NCBI GenBank assembly: GCA_951406725.2
Contig: OX597817.1
Coordinates: 85,622,001-85,686,000, forward strand
Direction: 5' to 3'
Source: Octopus vulgaris
Taxonomy: Eukaryota
Length of the DNA: 64,000 bases
Shown: positions 26,291 through 39,877 of the stretch, in pieces
Layout of the letters: each line of letters starts with the position of its first letter
How positions within the stretch are numbered: the stretch's first letter is position 1
Made by a program: the position numbers and the translations under genes
The notes under the pieces: generated by a model
Told to the model about the DNA's origin: nothing
Database searches by the model: none
The model's input: the letters and a program-made list of their open reading frames with translations, nothing else

Positions 26291-26867
26291 AAAGCGATTA
26301 AGATTCAAGTGAGTTCTGTTGAATTCACATGAATGCGGTACTTAACTTAGATGCACCAGAAATCTATATGGTATTAACCATAAGATAATGCGGGGTGATT
26401 ATAAACAAGAAAAAAGTGAAAAAAATGGATCAATATTTCGATACAATTGTTTCGTACAAAGACCAGCTTTATTAAGGCTGCAAATATTGCAGCAAATACA
26501 AGTGACCCGTACTCATCAGCCGAAAAAACATCTGAGTTCTCAAAACATCTAAGGGGGTGAGGCTACACTCCTGAAACATCAGGGATAGTTCTATAAAAAT
26601 CAGATTTAGATAATAAACGGACTTCCAAAGTTCTTTAGTATTGCACAGTCATATAACAGGTTTTAAAAAAGTATTTTAAAAAACCTCTTAGTTTCACAGA
26701 AAATGAAAAAGTAAACCCATCCATAATGAAGTAGGTTTGAATTCTGGAGATATGAGGAGAGATTTCATACTCACAGACGATGTATTTATCCATAATTAGT
26801 CCATAATAAAGTGGGTTTCCTGATGTATGATGATATACTGGTTGCATTTCTGATCATTTCTCAAAAA
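26291..26867 (-). mobile_element. Penelope-like pLTR/3' unit embedded in (TA)n, carrying a hammerhead ribozyme
   Basis: Bounded by TA tracts at both ends and contains a complete hammerhead. The PLE assignment is by analogy with 53702-55702. Confidence 0.6.
26436..26525 (-). ncRNA. Type I hammerhead ribozyme, complete core
   Basis: Minus strand: UUUCGG CUGAUGA GUAC-(~51 nt)-GUAC GAAAC AAUU GUA UCGAAA. Stem I 6 bp (one G-U), stem II GUAC/GUAC, palindromic ACAAUUGU stem III, GUA cleavage triplet. Confidence 0.85.
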
Positions 26868-27468
26868 TATATATATATATATATATATATGGATGGATCG
26901 ATGGGTATATGGGTGGGTGGGTCGATCGATCGATCTATGGTTAAGAACTTGCTTCCCAACCATATGGTTTCAGGTTCAGTCCTATGTATAACATCTTGTG
27001 CAAGTGTTCTCTACTATAGCCCTAATCTCATCGAACCCTGTGACTGGATATGGTAGATGGAAACTGAAAGAAGTCCATCATGTGTATGTGTGTGTGTGCA
27101 TGCATGTTTGTGTGTGTATATGTAGATGTGTTTGTGTTGATATATGTGTGCCTGTATAAGTGTGTATCATCTTGCCTTGACATCATGGGGTAGTTACAAA
27201 CAATTGTCACCATCACACAGAGCCACTTGTTTCTAGTTTTCTTTGAAAAACATGACTAGTCATTGGGAAATATTACCTTGCTTGGAAACAGACAAGGTTG
27301 GCAAGAGGAAGAACATCTTATCATAAACAATCTTCCTCACCAAATTCCATCTGACCTAGGCAAGCATGGAAATGTAGGCACTAAAACAATTAAATCAATG
27401 ATGATTATGATCTAGATACATACATGTGTGTGTGTGTGTGTGTGTGTGTTTTTTTGTTTTTTTTTAAG

Positions 27469-28334
27469 GAGTAAATATTCAGAAGTGAATTTATATAGAT
27501 ATTATTATTGCTATTATTATTTGCAGTAAATATAAATAGTTGATAATAACCACAGCAATAATATAGGTGGTTTCAAGCCTCAAATAGCATTAGACAGCTA
27601 TAGAATTAAAATCTGTATTTATCATAAGGGCACACAAGACACCTACCTGCTAGAAAGAGGAGTTAAAACCCTCAGTTAAACTACCAATAACACTGAAAAA
27701 ATTCAACAGAAAAGCAATAGTAGTTGGGTGAACGGGTTAAAGAATTTTAACATATCAAGACAGCTCAATGCTATATATTTTGGTATTTGGATATACTTGA
27801 ATCCTGATTTCTAGTTTTGGTGAAAAGGCTTAACTTTCATCAGCAAGTTTTACCAAGTGTAAAAATTTCAATTCGTCACGTTGAAGTCTGCAGGTATTCT
27901 GAATTGTTATTGGCAGTTCAACTAAGGGTTTTAACTCCTCTTTCTAGCAGGTAGGCACTTTGTGTGCTCTTATGATAAATGTAAATTTTAATTCTAGAGC
28001 TATCTAATGCTATTTAAGGCCTGCAACCACCTATATTATTATTGTTATTTTTATTGTCAACTATTTACATTTACTGCAGATAATAACAGCAATAAAAATA
28101 TCTGTATAAATATTCACTTCTGAAAATTTACTCTCTATTGGTATATTCACACTGGAGCTGTTCTGATTTTGGCACAAAACAATTCAGAATGCCAGCAGAC
28201 TTCAACAGGACAAGTTGAAATTTTTGCCCAACTACAGTTGTTTTTCTGTTGAATATTTTCAGTGTTGTTGGTGGTTTAACTGAGGATTCTAACTCCTCTT
28301 TCTAGCAGGTAGGCACCTTGTGTGCCCTTATGAT
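27469..28334. repeat. Nested inverted-repeat (fold-back) structure, possibly Penelope pLTR-derived
   Basis: 27469-27692 is the imperfect reverse complement of 27905-28133. ~27621-27730 is inverted at ~28225-28334. ~27861-27905 is inverted at ~28181-28225. Confidence 0.85.
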
Positions 28335-28375
28335 TACTATATACACACACACACACACACATATATACATACACG

Positions 28376-28686
28376 TGGAGGTGCAATGGCCCAGTGGTTG
28401 GGGCAGTGGACTCGCGGTCGTAGGATCGCAGTTTCGATTCCCAGACCGGCCGTTGTGAGTGTTTATTGAGCGAAAACACCTAAAGCTCCACGAGGCTCCA
28501 ACAGTGGGGGGGTGGCAATCCCTGCTGTACTCTTTTGCCACAACTTTATCTCACTCTTTCTTCTGTTGGCCTGCTCACCTAGCCAGCAGGGTAGCGTCAT
28601 TTGAAGGCTAAAACAATGCGAAGCGCATTGTGACCAGCGATGTGTAGCAACATCTGGTATCCTGGTCGGTCATGTGATCACGTGAT
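28376..28686 (+). mobile_element. tRNA-derived SINE (second family), fairly young
   Basis: tRNA-like head gtggaggtgcaatggcccagtggtt...gtttcgattcc; atacatacac repeated on both sides (TSD-like). Confidence 0.8.
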
Positions 28687-29265
28687 ATACATACACACAC
28701 ACATATATACATACATAAACACACACATATATACATACACACACATACACATATACTCAAACATACATACTTACATACATGTATGTGTGTGTGTTTGTGT
28801 GTGTGTAAGTAGCAATATCTAGCAGAGTTATTTTGAGGATTGTGTGCGATGTTGTGCATCCAGCTATGGCATTTATGTTTTATTCATATTCTTCCTTATC
28901 ATACCAAGTTTAACAATTAGTATTGGTACTATTTTCGCTCTCATCTTTCACATCCATTTTACTTAATAGGTCTTCAATTTCCTTTTAGGTGCTCTTTTAA
29001 CTGTGATGTCTACCAATATACACAGGTTTCCTTTTATTTCTTTTATGATAAGGGTTCACTTTGATCTCCATGTTGGTCTGGGCATGCTTGTCCCAGAAGT
29101 ATCATAGCTATGTGATTGTGATTTTCGCACAGTGGATATGGTGTATACTCATTATATCTTCTATTTTCAATTCCAGTTTTGTCAAATGGATATAACTACC
29201 AATACAGTCATGTCTATGGATGCATTACATCATTTTTTAAGACTGGATAGCCACAAATAAAGTGG

Positions 29266-29321
<56 letters not shown>

Positions 29322-30550
29322 TTGGGTTGATGTGTGTGTTGGTTATATAGTATATATAGGTTGGGTTGCTGTATGTGTTGGTTATGTAGCCTTTTGCTTC
29401 ATTATTTAATATTGTTTCATTATTTTATTAATCTATTTTGGTACCATTTTCTTTTTGTTTAGCTAAAATCAAAGTTCTATTTCTGCTTTTAATCTGATAC
29501 ATTCAAGTCATTTTTTCTTTCCTTTTAGTTAATTCCATTTCCTTAGTTTTTTGTTTGTTTGTTTTTTGTTTTTGTTTTTCTTTAGTATATTTGGGAATTC
29601 TGCTTTAATTTTATATTTTGGTTTAAACTTTTATAATGTTCTTGCTTTTATCTAAACCTTTCTTTTTTTTCAGTTTCTGCTATGTATTTTCTTTGTATTT
29701 TTATTGTTTCTTGTGTAAAAAGATTTTTTCCTTTTTTCATATTCTCTCTTACAAATCAGTCTGCCTTTGCTTGCATCTAAATATATTTTTCTTAAACCTA
29801 CTGTAGTTATTTTGTAATAGCTCTATTTGTGTCAGGGTACCTGGGTACCTGGGGAATCCTATCTATATCAGCTTTTAAGCTGAGGTGAGTTCAGAATAAA
29901 ATGAGAAGTTTTCTGGTTTTCCTATCAAAATTTTTCAGTTCACTTAGCTTCCAGTGTATTGAAGCAAAAGTTTGTGACTGGGTAGTTAAGGTAGATAGGA
30001 TATATTTATATCTATAATGTTATTTCTGGTGTTTACTTCACTATGTCACAATACTTTGATACTCCTATAATACACTTTTCTAAGTTTCTCTTATTCTCTA
30101 TGTCATACTCCTTTCTAAGTTTTTTCTATTCCCTATATTGTATTCCTTTCTCCTTCTATTTTGTTATGTGGTACTCCTTTCTAAGTCTTATTTTGTTACA
30201 TCATACATTAACAGTTCTATCAATTCCTTTGCATTGATATTTGTAATTTCATCCTCATTCTCTAATTTCAATGTCTAAATCTAACTTAATTTTCTCAGTT
30301 TTAATTCATTTATTTCTCACTTATTTATTATATTTCATATAACATTTTGTAAACAAGATATTCATTGACTCCTTTTTACTAAATAGTCAATCGCTGTTTC
30401 ACCACAACTACAATCACATTAGCAACAAAGGATTGTCTGTATTACTCATGTGGAACAAATATCACAAAGGAATTTGTAATTTTGATTTTCTTGTTGAGGT
30501 TTACCTCTTTTGCCAATAAACATCACCAAAAGATATGTACAAACAAACAA

Positions 30551-30605
<55 letters not shown>

Positions 30606-31099
30606 TGCTGCCACCGCCATCATCGTCATCGTCGTTTAACGTCCACTCTCCATGCTGGCATGGGTTGGACAGTTTGACTGAGGGCTGGCAAGCCAGAAGG
30701 CTGCACCAGCATCTAATCTGATCTGGCAAAGTTTCTATAGCTGGATGCCCTTCCTAACACCAATCATTCTGAGAGTGTGGTGGGTGCTTTTACATGCTAC
30801 CAGCATGAGTGCCAGTCAGGCGGTACTGGCATTGACCACACTCAAATGGTGCTGTTTACATGCCATTGGCACATGCACAAGTCAGGCGGCACTGGCAGTG
30901 ACCACACTTGAATGGTGTTTTTTACATGCTACCAGCATGAGACCAATCAGGCAGCAACAAAGGATTGTCTGTATTACTCATGTGGAACAAATATCAAATG
31001 GTGCTTTTTTACATGCCACCAGCACAAGTGCCAATCAGGTGGTACTGTCATCAGCCACAACAATAACTTCATTTGACTCAACAAGTCTTTGCAAGTGTA

Positions 31100-31789
31100 G
31101 TTTATTGCCCAATAATTGAAGGGTACTCTTAAATGGGCTGGTTATGCTGCACTGGCATAGGCCACAGTTATAGTCTCACTTGGCTTACCAGGTCTTCTCA
31201 AGCACAGCATATCTCCAAAGGTCTTGGTCACTTGTCATTGCCTCTGTGAGGCCCAATATTTGAAAGTCATGCTTCACCACCTCATCTCAGGTTTTCCTGG
31301 GTCTACCTCTTCCACAGGTTCCCTCTACTGCTAGGGTGTGACGCTTTTTCACACAGCTGTCCTCTTCCATATACAGCACATGACTATCCCAGCACAATCA
31401 TCTCTCTTGCAACCACATTTGATGCTTCTTATGTCCAACTTTTTTCTCAGTATGCACACTGACATTACACATCTAGCAGAGCATACTAGCTTCATTCCTT
31501 GCAAGCTTACGCATGTCCTCAGTAGTCACACCCCATGTTTCACTGTCCATGTAGCATAGCTGTTCACACACATGCATCATGCAGTCTACCTTTTACTCTG
31601 AGCAAGACACCCTTTGTCACCAGCAAAGATAGGACCTCTCTGAACTTTGCCCAAGCTATTCTTATTCTAGCAGCTACACTCTCAGAGCATCCACTCCCAC
31701 TACTGACTTGGTCACCTAGCTAATGGAAGCTATCAACTACTTCTACTTTTCCCCACTGGCATGTGACAGAAGCTGTTTTCTGCACATTT
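31100..31789 (-). mobile_element. RTE LINE 3' fragment
   Basis: Homologous to 15060-15650 (acttggtcacctag, ctctctgaacttt, aggttttcctgggtctacctct). Confidence 0.75.
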
Positions 31790-32342
31790 TCAGCCTGCAC
31801 AGATGGGGGAATTGGGAGTAGGGGATGGAGAGCTTGGTGTGGGTAGGGTGGGAGGAGGAGAAGTTGAGGTATGAGTGTGAGTCGGTGTGTTTGTAGTGGA
31901 TGAAGATAGTGAAAGTGGAGTTGTGTATGTTGACCAATATGTCGAGAAAGGTGATGGAAGTGTTGGAAATGGTGCAGGAGAATTCGAGGGCAGGATAGAA
32001 GGATTGGACAAAAGAGAGGAAGGAGTTTAGCTGTTCACAGGAGAGTGAGATTGCACCGATACAGTCATCAATATAATGACCATATAGTTCAGGAATGGGA
32101 CCAGTAAATCTTGAAAATATTTGGGCCTCAACATAGCCAATGAATAGGTTCTCATAGTTGGGGCCCCGCTCTTGTTCCCATGGCCACTCCCGAGACCTGT
32201 TGGTGAAACACCCCTGCAAGTGAGAAGCAGTTGAGGGAGAGAACATGTTCAGCCAGGCAAAGAAGTATAGGCATGTCGGGTTGGGAGTTGGGTCGAAGGT
32301 CTAGGAAGTATTTGAGAAGTCCTTCATTGTGTAGGATCACCG
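31790..32342 (-). pseudogene. Penelope-like element reverse transcriptase fragment
   Basis: Across one frameshift: QVSGVAMGTRAGPNY.NLFIG, YIDDC, ITFLD, YKHTDSHSYL.F.SSHP.HTK.SIPYSQF. Confidence 0.88.
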
Positions 32343-33599
32343 TATATATATATATTCTTCTATTCTTTTACTTGTTGCAGTCATTAGACTGCAGCCATGC
32401 TGGGGCATTGCCTTGACGGTTTTAATCAAACAAATTGCCCCAGGACTTTTTTTAAACCTAGTACAGTTAAGTTACAGGGATGTAAGCACACCAACATTGG
32501 TTGTCAAATGGTGGGGAAGGGAACAAACACAGACACAAAGACATACACATAGACATATACACACATATATATATACGACAGTCTTCTTTCAGTTTTTGTC
32601 ACAAGGCTTTGATCAGCCCAAAACTATAGAAGACACTTGCCAAAGATGCCATGCAGTGGGACTGAACCCAGAATCATGTGGTTGGGAAGCAGGCTTCTTA
32701 CCACACAACCATGCCTGCACCTATAATATATATACACACATATGTACACATATACACATGCACAGACACACGCGCACGTGCGCACACACACACACGCACA
32801 CTTCTTTATTACTGTATCAACCAGACTATTGGATATTGTTATCCACCACTAGTCACAATGCATTTCTTCACATCGGTGTAGATTTTGAATGATGCCACCC
32901 CATTAGCTAGGCAGGGAGGCCAACATTCCCCATTGAATGTAATGCCAGTCTGTTATAGTGTTTCACATTTACAGCTGAGTGAATTGAAGCAACATGAAAT
33001 AATGAAATCTTGGGGACTTTGTTATGTATTTGTATCTTATAATCATTCTCAAGGTTCAAAGTGTTGCTTCTATTTTCAATCCCTAAATTCTTGTTATCTC
33101 CTGACTTTAAAATATGGATAATTTCTCTTTTTTTTTTTTTTTTTTTGAGAAATACATTATCCTCTGGTGGGGGCTAAGATTTCATTTAGGAGGCATTTCC
33201 TTTCCTGATTTCCCTTGCCAACACTATTTGGAGACATGCTCTGTAATTTGGTGATCAGTAAGGAAACTAGGTGTAGATAAATAGTTGAAAGAAACATATA
33301 GCCATGTACCTGTCACAGTCAGTAAGGTAAGAGCTAGCAATGAGTTTCTCAATAAATTTAGCATATAGGTAGAGGTCCATCAATACTCAGTTCTTACCTT
33401 TTCCTCTGGTTTATTATAATCCTTCTTCCAGGCCATAATGGAGGAATTCAGTATCAGCTGTCTGTGACAACTTCTGGATGTTGATGACCTAGTTCTTATA
33501 ACAAAATCTGTAGAAGATTTATAGACAAAATTCAAGACGTACAAGTAAAACCTGGAATCTATAGGCTTTTGAAGTAATCTTAGCAATGAGTGAAGTTTT

Positions 33600-34265
33600 A
33601 GTTAACAGAAAAGAAGATGATACTATTGGGGAAAATGGCTAAAGTCAATATGTAGAAAAGGAGAAAATTTATACGATGTACTCAGTGTAATCCTTTAAAT
33701 GATCAAGGGATGTAATAGGATCATAGGTAGGTTGACAGAGAGGGTAGACTTTGTATGTAGCAGATTCACAGGAGTAGTTAGCACGCAAAATAAGTCTTTC
33801 AACTGACTGTGGAAGTGAGTGTTTTGAAAGCTTAATAGTAACAGAGTAAGAACGTGGTGGAAAAATCCAAGTAGATATTACCTCTGATTGTAGATTTTGC
33901 TTTAGGATCGACTATATGATGTTGATTACAAAGTGAGATGCTTCATGGCAGCAAAATGTGAGCCTCTTGCCACCTTGCAGTAGGTTTGCAGTGGCTAGAA
34001 AGAAATGAAGTGAGAAAGTTTTTCTGGATGTGTAATTTTAATTTGCATGAACAATCGAGCACAGAGGAATTGGGAGGAAAGTTGAACATAAAAGAAATGA
34101 GATCTAGTTTACAAGAGAAAACTGCATCAATATGGGTGTGTGATGTGTATGAAGGATGTCAGTTGTATAAAGAAGAGACATGGGATGAAGTAGGGAAGAC
34201 TGATCTCAAGAAGCAGTAACTTACAGAGGGGATGACAAAGAACCATGACAAGTAGTGACATGTAG
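33600..34265 (+). mobile_element. Highly degenerate RTE LINE 3' fragment
   Basis: LERNEVRKFFWMCN...STEEL..KLNIK, similar to RTE C-termini. Confidence 0.55.
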
Positions 34266-34979
34266 GACTGGAGAAGTTGTTCCTTCCAGTACAAGCATGT
34301 TAAAACTATCATTAAAATAGTAGTGGCAAGGAAAATTGACATGTACAGTATATCAACACTGGGTCTCTTACATCTTACATTTTTACTCACATCCTCTTAC
34401 CTTTCACCCTTTGGTTATCCCTTTCTTTTCTGTTCACCTCTAAGTCATGTTTGCTTTGAAACAACAGGGACAATATAGAGTAGAGAGTATGCTTTAGTCT
34501 TGCAGCAAACAAGACGACCTTTCTAGTGCTGATGCAACAATAAAATGTGCCCAGTACAATCTGCAAACAGGTATAGCATAGAGTACTAGAGAGTACTAGA
34601 AGCAAGGAGATGTGCACTAGAGATTCAGCAGCATTATGAAGATGAGTGATCTACCTTCCCATAGAGAAAAATTGGTTTACTGTTACAGGGAACATGTCCA
34701 GAAATATAAAACTCTTTAGTTTTGTTGAGAACATGCAAAGCCCTTTCACTTTTTACCACTGGTGCCATGATAAAATGTACCCAGTACACTCTGTAAATTG
34801 CTTTGTATCAAAGACATCCAGCCATAGAAATCATAACAAAATGGAACATACTAACAAAACATGGTCCCTGATCTGTGTAGGAGGACAGAATCTCCAGATA
34901 AGAACTGATTCAAACTGTTATAAGCTACCCAACTAATACCAGTTAGAAAAATTAACATAAAAATGATAATGATCTGTCT

Positions 34980-36900
34980 GATACTTTTTCTGTATTTGTT
35001 GGCTTTCTTGAAAAGAGATTGCAATTCTTTTGTTTGTGTTTTGTAGCTATTTGTATCAGTTTCCCATTGTTCTTCACTAGATATTTGATGATAATTTTTT
35101 AATAGAGCGTTTCAGTCCCCCCACTAGGTTCATGGTGTATACATTCTTTTTCTGTCAGATTTTGTATGGTGTATTCTAAATGCAGTTATTACTTCCTTCG
35201 AGTTTTTTTTTCTGTCTAGTCTTGCTAATTTATTTAGCATTCAGCTGAAAATATTATAACTACAACTTACTACAAGGACAGCTTAAATATTGATGTCTCT
35301 CATGTTATTTTTGTTTTAGCTTTATTTTAGGTGTATATCTAATGAATCTATGATAGTCCTTTCATAACATTTTACTTCATTTGTGTATATTGTACTGTAG
35401 CCTAATTCATAGATTCCTAGGTATTTGTAAGCTTGTTGTTGTTTGTTCCTTCTCGAGCCATGCCTGACTCATAAGGGCAGGTTTCTTGGTTTCAATGGCG
35501 TATAGGTTCCCAACCTGGACAGGACGCCACTCCATCAGAAGTGAGCTGTTAGATGCAGGAGGAAAGAGTGAGAGAAAGTTGTGGCAAAAGAGTCAGCAGA
35601 AGTTCATCATTACCTTCTGCCAGAGCCATGTGGAGCTTAGGTGTTTCCCTCATAAACTCACACATTGCCTGATCTGAGATTCAAACCCATGATCCCTCAA
35701 TCACGAGTCTGCTGCTCTAACCACTAGGCCATGAGCCTCCACTTTGTAAGCTTCTAGTTGATCTAATTCTCTCATCTCTGTTTCTTTGTCTAGTATGACA
35801 TTAATCTTCTTAATTAATTTTCCTCTTTTCAAAGTTGCTTTGATGCATTTTTATAATCTGAGTCTCATGTTAATTCCTTTAATACATATACCATCTGCAG
35901 CAGTGTTTTTAGTTGCTTATCACTACAATATATGACTTGAGGTTATTCATGTAGAAAAGGTGGCTGATTGTTCTTTCATGGCATTTTGATTCTAGCCCTT
36001 GATAATTATATCTGAACTGTTTGTGTTGATCTCCTTGCCTGTCTGGATAAACATATTGAGTCTTCTGGAATGATGTTATGGAATAGTTTTATTTCTTCAT
36101 TTTTCTTATATTTTGGAATTTCTACTTTGATTTTTGTCTTTTGTTTTTCTTTTGTTTTGCTGTCCTTATCTCAATCATTTTCTTTAATATAGTTCATTTC
36201 CAATTTATGTTTTATTGTTTCTTTTTATACACAGGAACTTTTTGAATGTCTCCTTCATGTTTCCTTCATATCTCCTTCTTATAGTAATCAGTTTCTTTTT
36301 ACTTGCTTCTAAGTATTTTTATTGTCCCACTGTAATTATTTTTGTTGTAGTTTTTTCTACCTTCCTTGTATGCAGGAAAATATATTTTCTTTACATCAGC
36401 TTTGAAGTCATGACTTCAGAATACTGTAAGTAGTTTCCTGGGGTTTTCTAACTTCTCTGGTTCATTTAACTTTATCAAGTTCAAACTGTAGTTTATAACT
36501 AGGATAGCTAATTATCATATTTCTAAAATGGAATTCAATTTTTAATATTTGTTTGGCTTTCAATAGTATTCATTACTAATTTTCTCTTTTCTTTTCATGT
36601 TTTGTATTAGTTCAATGACTCCCTAAATATTTTTATGGGTGGTTCTGGTTTAGCTCTCTGATTTCAGTATCTGTGTCTAATTTAATGAATCATTTATATT
36701 CCAGTCCACTACTACACCCAGATATCTTTTCAATGTAGAATATCCAACTCCTCTGTAGTTAATCTTTTACAGACTCGCCAGTCTGTTTCATTGTGTAGTT
36801 AACTGCTTGCATTTTTCCAGACCAAAGGATATTTTAATGAAATAATACTTGCACTTGAATTTCAAAATATCAAAGAAACTATCAAACTGACCATTTGTTG
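34980..36900 (-). mobile_element. Degenerate R4/Dong-type LINE RT region
   Basis: Minus strand HLFYMNNLK (~35936-35962, YMDD-like) and AYKYLGI (~35412-35432). Outer limits uncertain. Confidence 0.6.
35435..35742 (-). mobile_element. tRNA SINE (28376-type head) with perfect 11-bp TSD
   Basis: TTTGTAAGCTT at 35424-35434 and 35743-35753; head gtggaggctcatggcctagtggttagagc; (AAC) tail. Confidence 0.88.
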
Positions 36901-37643
36901 CTTTTTATTTTTTTTTGCAGTGCACTAATCCTTTTGTTACCATATTTTTGTTGAAATACACTGCTTTTGTTTCAATTAATTTTGGAAATAATAAAGAATT
37001 TATCAAATTAACTTCAGTGTTTAGAACATAAATTAACATGAAATTTTGATGGAAGTTTTAATTTGGATCACTTTAAAACAGGAAATTTGTATCATAGAAC
37101 TTGGGGTAGTCTCAGGCAGAAATGTATCAAAAGAGTTAGGCTCACCTCATGTAGAGAATAACATTGAGACCAGATGTACTACCTCTATGATACATCCTAG
37201 AGACCATAAAATCTGTCAGATATCACTATTTTGAAGATGATCATAGTCTCGTTAAATTTGTGAAGTGCTGTTATTTTAGTTCTTGCAGTACTAAATCAAA
37301 GAGGTTTTCTAGTAATTAATTTAAGCACTTGACAAGTTCATCTTGTGTATATTTGTATCAGTGGGCCATCTTGTTATTAAAGTATCTGTTAATGAATAGC
37401 TGGTTAATTAATCTATATGATTATCAGGATTAACTTATTATTTTTTAAATGTTCCATCTTCCTATTAGATAATATTTTTTGAGAGCACTTTATAAGATAA
37501 TTACTAGTAATAATAAGGACCAGTTAGATGGGTCATCTTTCGGTCTCTTTTTGAGACCATTTTTGCTCTCAAAGTAAAATGTCTTCTAAGCAAACTATTC
37601 CCTATTGATATAAAAGGATATTGAAAGTTTGTGGCATACATTA

Positions 37644-38471
37644 AATAACAGTTTCCAAAACATTTAAGATGCATACAATTTCAGAGTATTTTCAGTTGCC
37701 AAACTTTGACTCAAATACTATAATCTCTTAGGAAGAGTGCTTTTAATATATGTATGTCTGAATATGTGTTTGTGTCTCCTAGTCTTGATATCATATGAAT
37801 ACTTGAGTCACTGTCATCATACAAGCAGTGTCAATAAAAAAAACATCTAAAATAACACTTGCTCAGAAACTGCTGACCAACTGTAATTTTTATTGCTTTT
37901 AAAAAGTTTTCCAAACTATCTCTGACTTTTCTTTGGTATATATTTTATTTACCTCTATGTATCTTTCTATAAAAAAATTTTAGGGAACATTTTAAAAAGC
38001 ATTAAAAGATCTGATTTTCTCTAATACTATGTCTTTTAATCTATCGTTTCCAATCAATAACAGTTTCCAAACATTTAAGATGCATACAATTTCAGAGTAT
38101 TTTCAGTTGCCAAACTTTGACTCAAATACTATAATCTCTTAGGAAGAGTGCTTTTAATATATGTATGTCTGAATATGTGTTTGTGTCTCCTAGTCTTGAT
38201 ATCATATGAATACTTGAGTCACTGTCATCATACAAGCAGTGTCAATAAAAAAACATCTAAAATAACACTTGCTCAGAAACTGCTGACCAACTGTAATTTT
38301 TATTGCTTTTAAAAAGTTTTCCAAACTATCTCTGACTTTTCTTTGGTATATATTTTATTTACCTCTATGTATCTTTCTATAAAAAAATTTTAGGGAACAT
38401 TTTAAAAAGCATTAAAAGATCTGATTTTCTCTAATACTATGTCTTTTAATCTATCATTTCCAATCAATAAC
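37644..38471. repeat. Tandem duplication, 2 x ~411 bp, near identical
   Basis: Units start at 37644 and 38056 with AATAAC; a third AATAAC at 38466 closes the array. Confidence 0.95.
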
Positions 38472-39467
38472 TTTTGTTTTAAGGTCTCCAGTGTTCAAAG
38501 TTGTGCTTATTGTTCATCTGGTATTCATACCAGACATGTTCTTAAATTTTCTGAAATGATTAACCAGTGCCATCTAAGTCATCTGCCCTTCTTTGTTATG
38601 TAATGTGTCAATTATCATCATTCTTTTTCCAAAGTTTTAGTAATTACATTCTTCTAATATAGACAAAGTAAAAGTAATTCTCTTAGAGGAAGAAAGTGAT
38701 GTTGTAATGGTTTCCCCACCCATGTCATTCTCATAGTGCAGCCTATACTGAGAAAGAGAGAAGTTGATCCTAGTACTTGACTGGTCTTTTATTTTAATGC
38801 TTCCAGAAGGATAAAAGGAAAACTTGATCTGAGTGGGATTTAGACTCAAAATACTGAAAGCTAGAACAAATACCATCTATAATGATTCTACCAACCATCT
38901 ACTTTTAATATGACTACTCTCCTAAATTTTAATTTAATCTGCCAGGCTTCTCTTCTGCATAGATGGTATTTCTATTGTTATTGTTCAATAACAATACATT
39001 GTGAAATTAAGGAATACAGGCTTGGAAAAAGAAATGCAGCTGTAGATATTGATCTGTTGTGATGTCAAATTTCTCTCATTTTTTGTTATAAGCTTGATCT
39101 ATTTAAAAGCAGGGCTTTTTTGTTTATTGTTGTTGTTGTTGTTTTAAGTTTGTTTCACAACTTAGTTTAATTTGTTCTAAGATCTTACCTATTAATAAAT
39201 ACACCTTTTCTCTTTTTTACATGATTCATTACCTTCGTCCTCAACCCCTTCAGCCCCAGTGACAACAGCATGGTTAACATTTATTTCTCTTGAACATTTA
39301 GGAATTGATGTTTGCACAGAAAACATGCACAGAGATGAAATTCCAGAGGAACAGAGATCTGGGGCGGAAATACATTATTATAGTTATTTGTTATCTCTTG
39401 AGAAACATAAATATTACTATCAACATAATCATCGTTACCATCATCATCATCATCCTTATTATAATTA

Positions 39468-39804
39468 AAGCTGTGAGCTGACAGAATTGTTACTGTGCTA
39501 GACAAAACGTTTAATGGCATTTCTTCTGGTTTCAATTTCAGAGTTTAAATCCTACCAAGGTTGACTTTGCCTTCCACCCTTTCGGGCTTGATAAAATAAG
39601 TACCAGTCAAGTACTAGGGTCAATATAGTTGACTCTCTCCCACCTCAAAATTACTGGCCTAGTGGTAAAATTAGAAAGAATTATTATTATTAAATAACTC
39701 CAGATTACACTGAATTAAAGTACTAATCCAGTACGAGATTCAATTTAATTGACTACGCCCCTCCCCAATTTAGAGTCTTGTGTCTATGTTAGAAATTATT
39801 ATTA

Positions 39805-39835
<31 letters not shown>

Positions 39836-39840
39836 CGTTG

Positions 39841-39877
<37 letters not shown>

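Noticed and set aside
28376-28450. tRNA-like sequence with A and B boxes
   Set aside because: Continues into SINE body and tail and lacks a clean cloverleaf; it is a SINE head, not a tRNA gene
39259-39410. Exon-like GC-richer stretch (MHRDEIPEEQRSGAE)
   Set aside because: No suitable donor site and no recognisable homology
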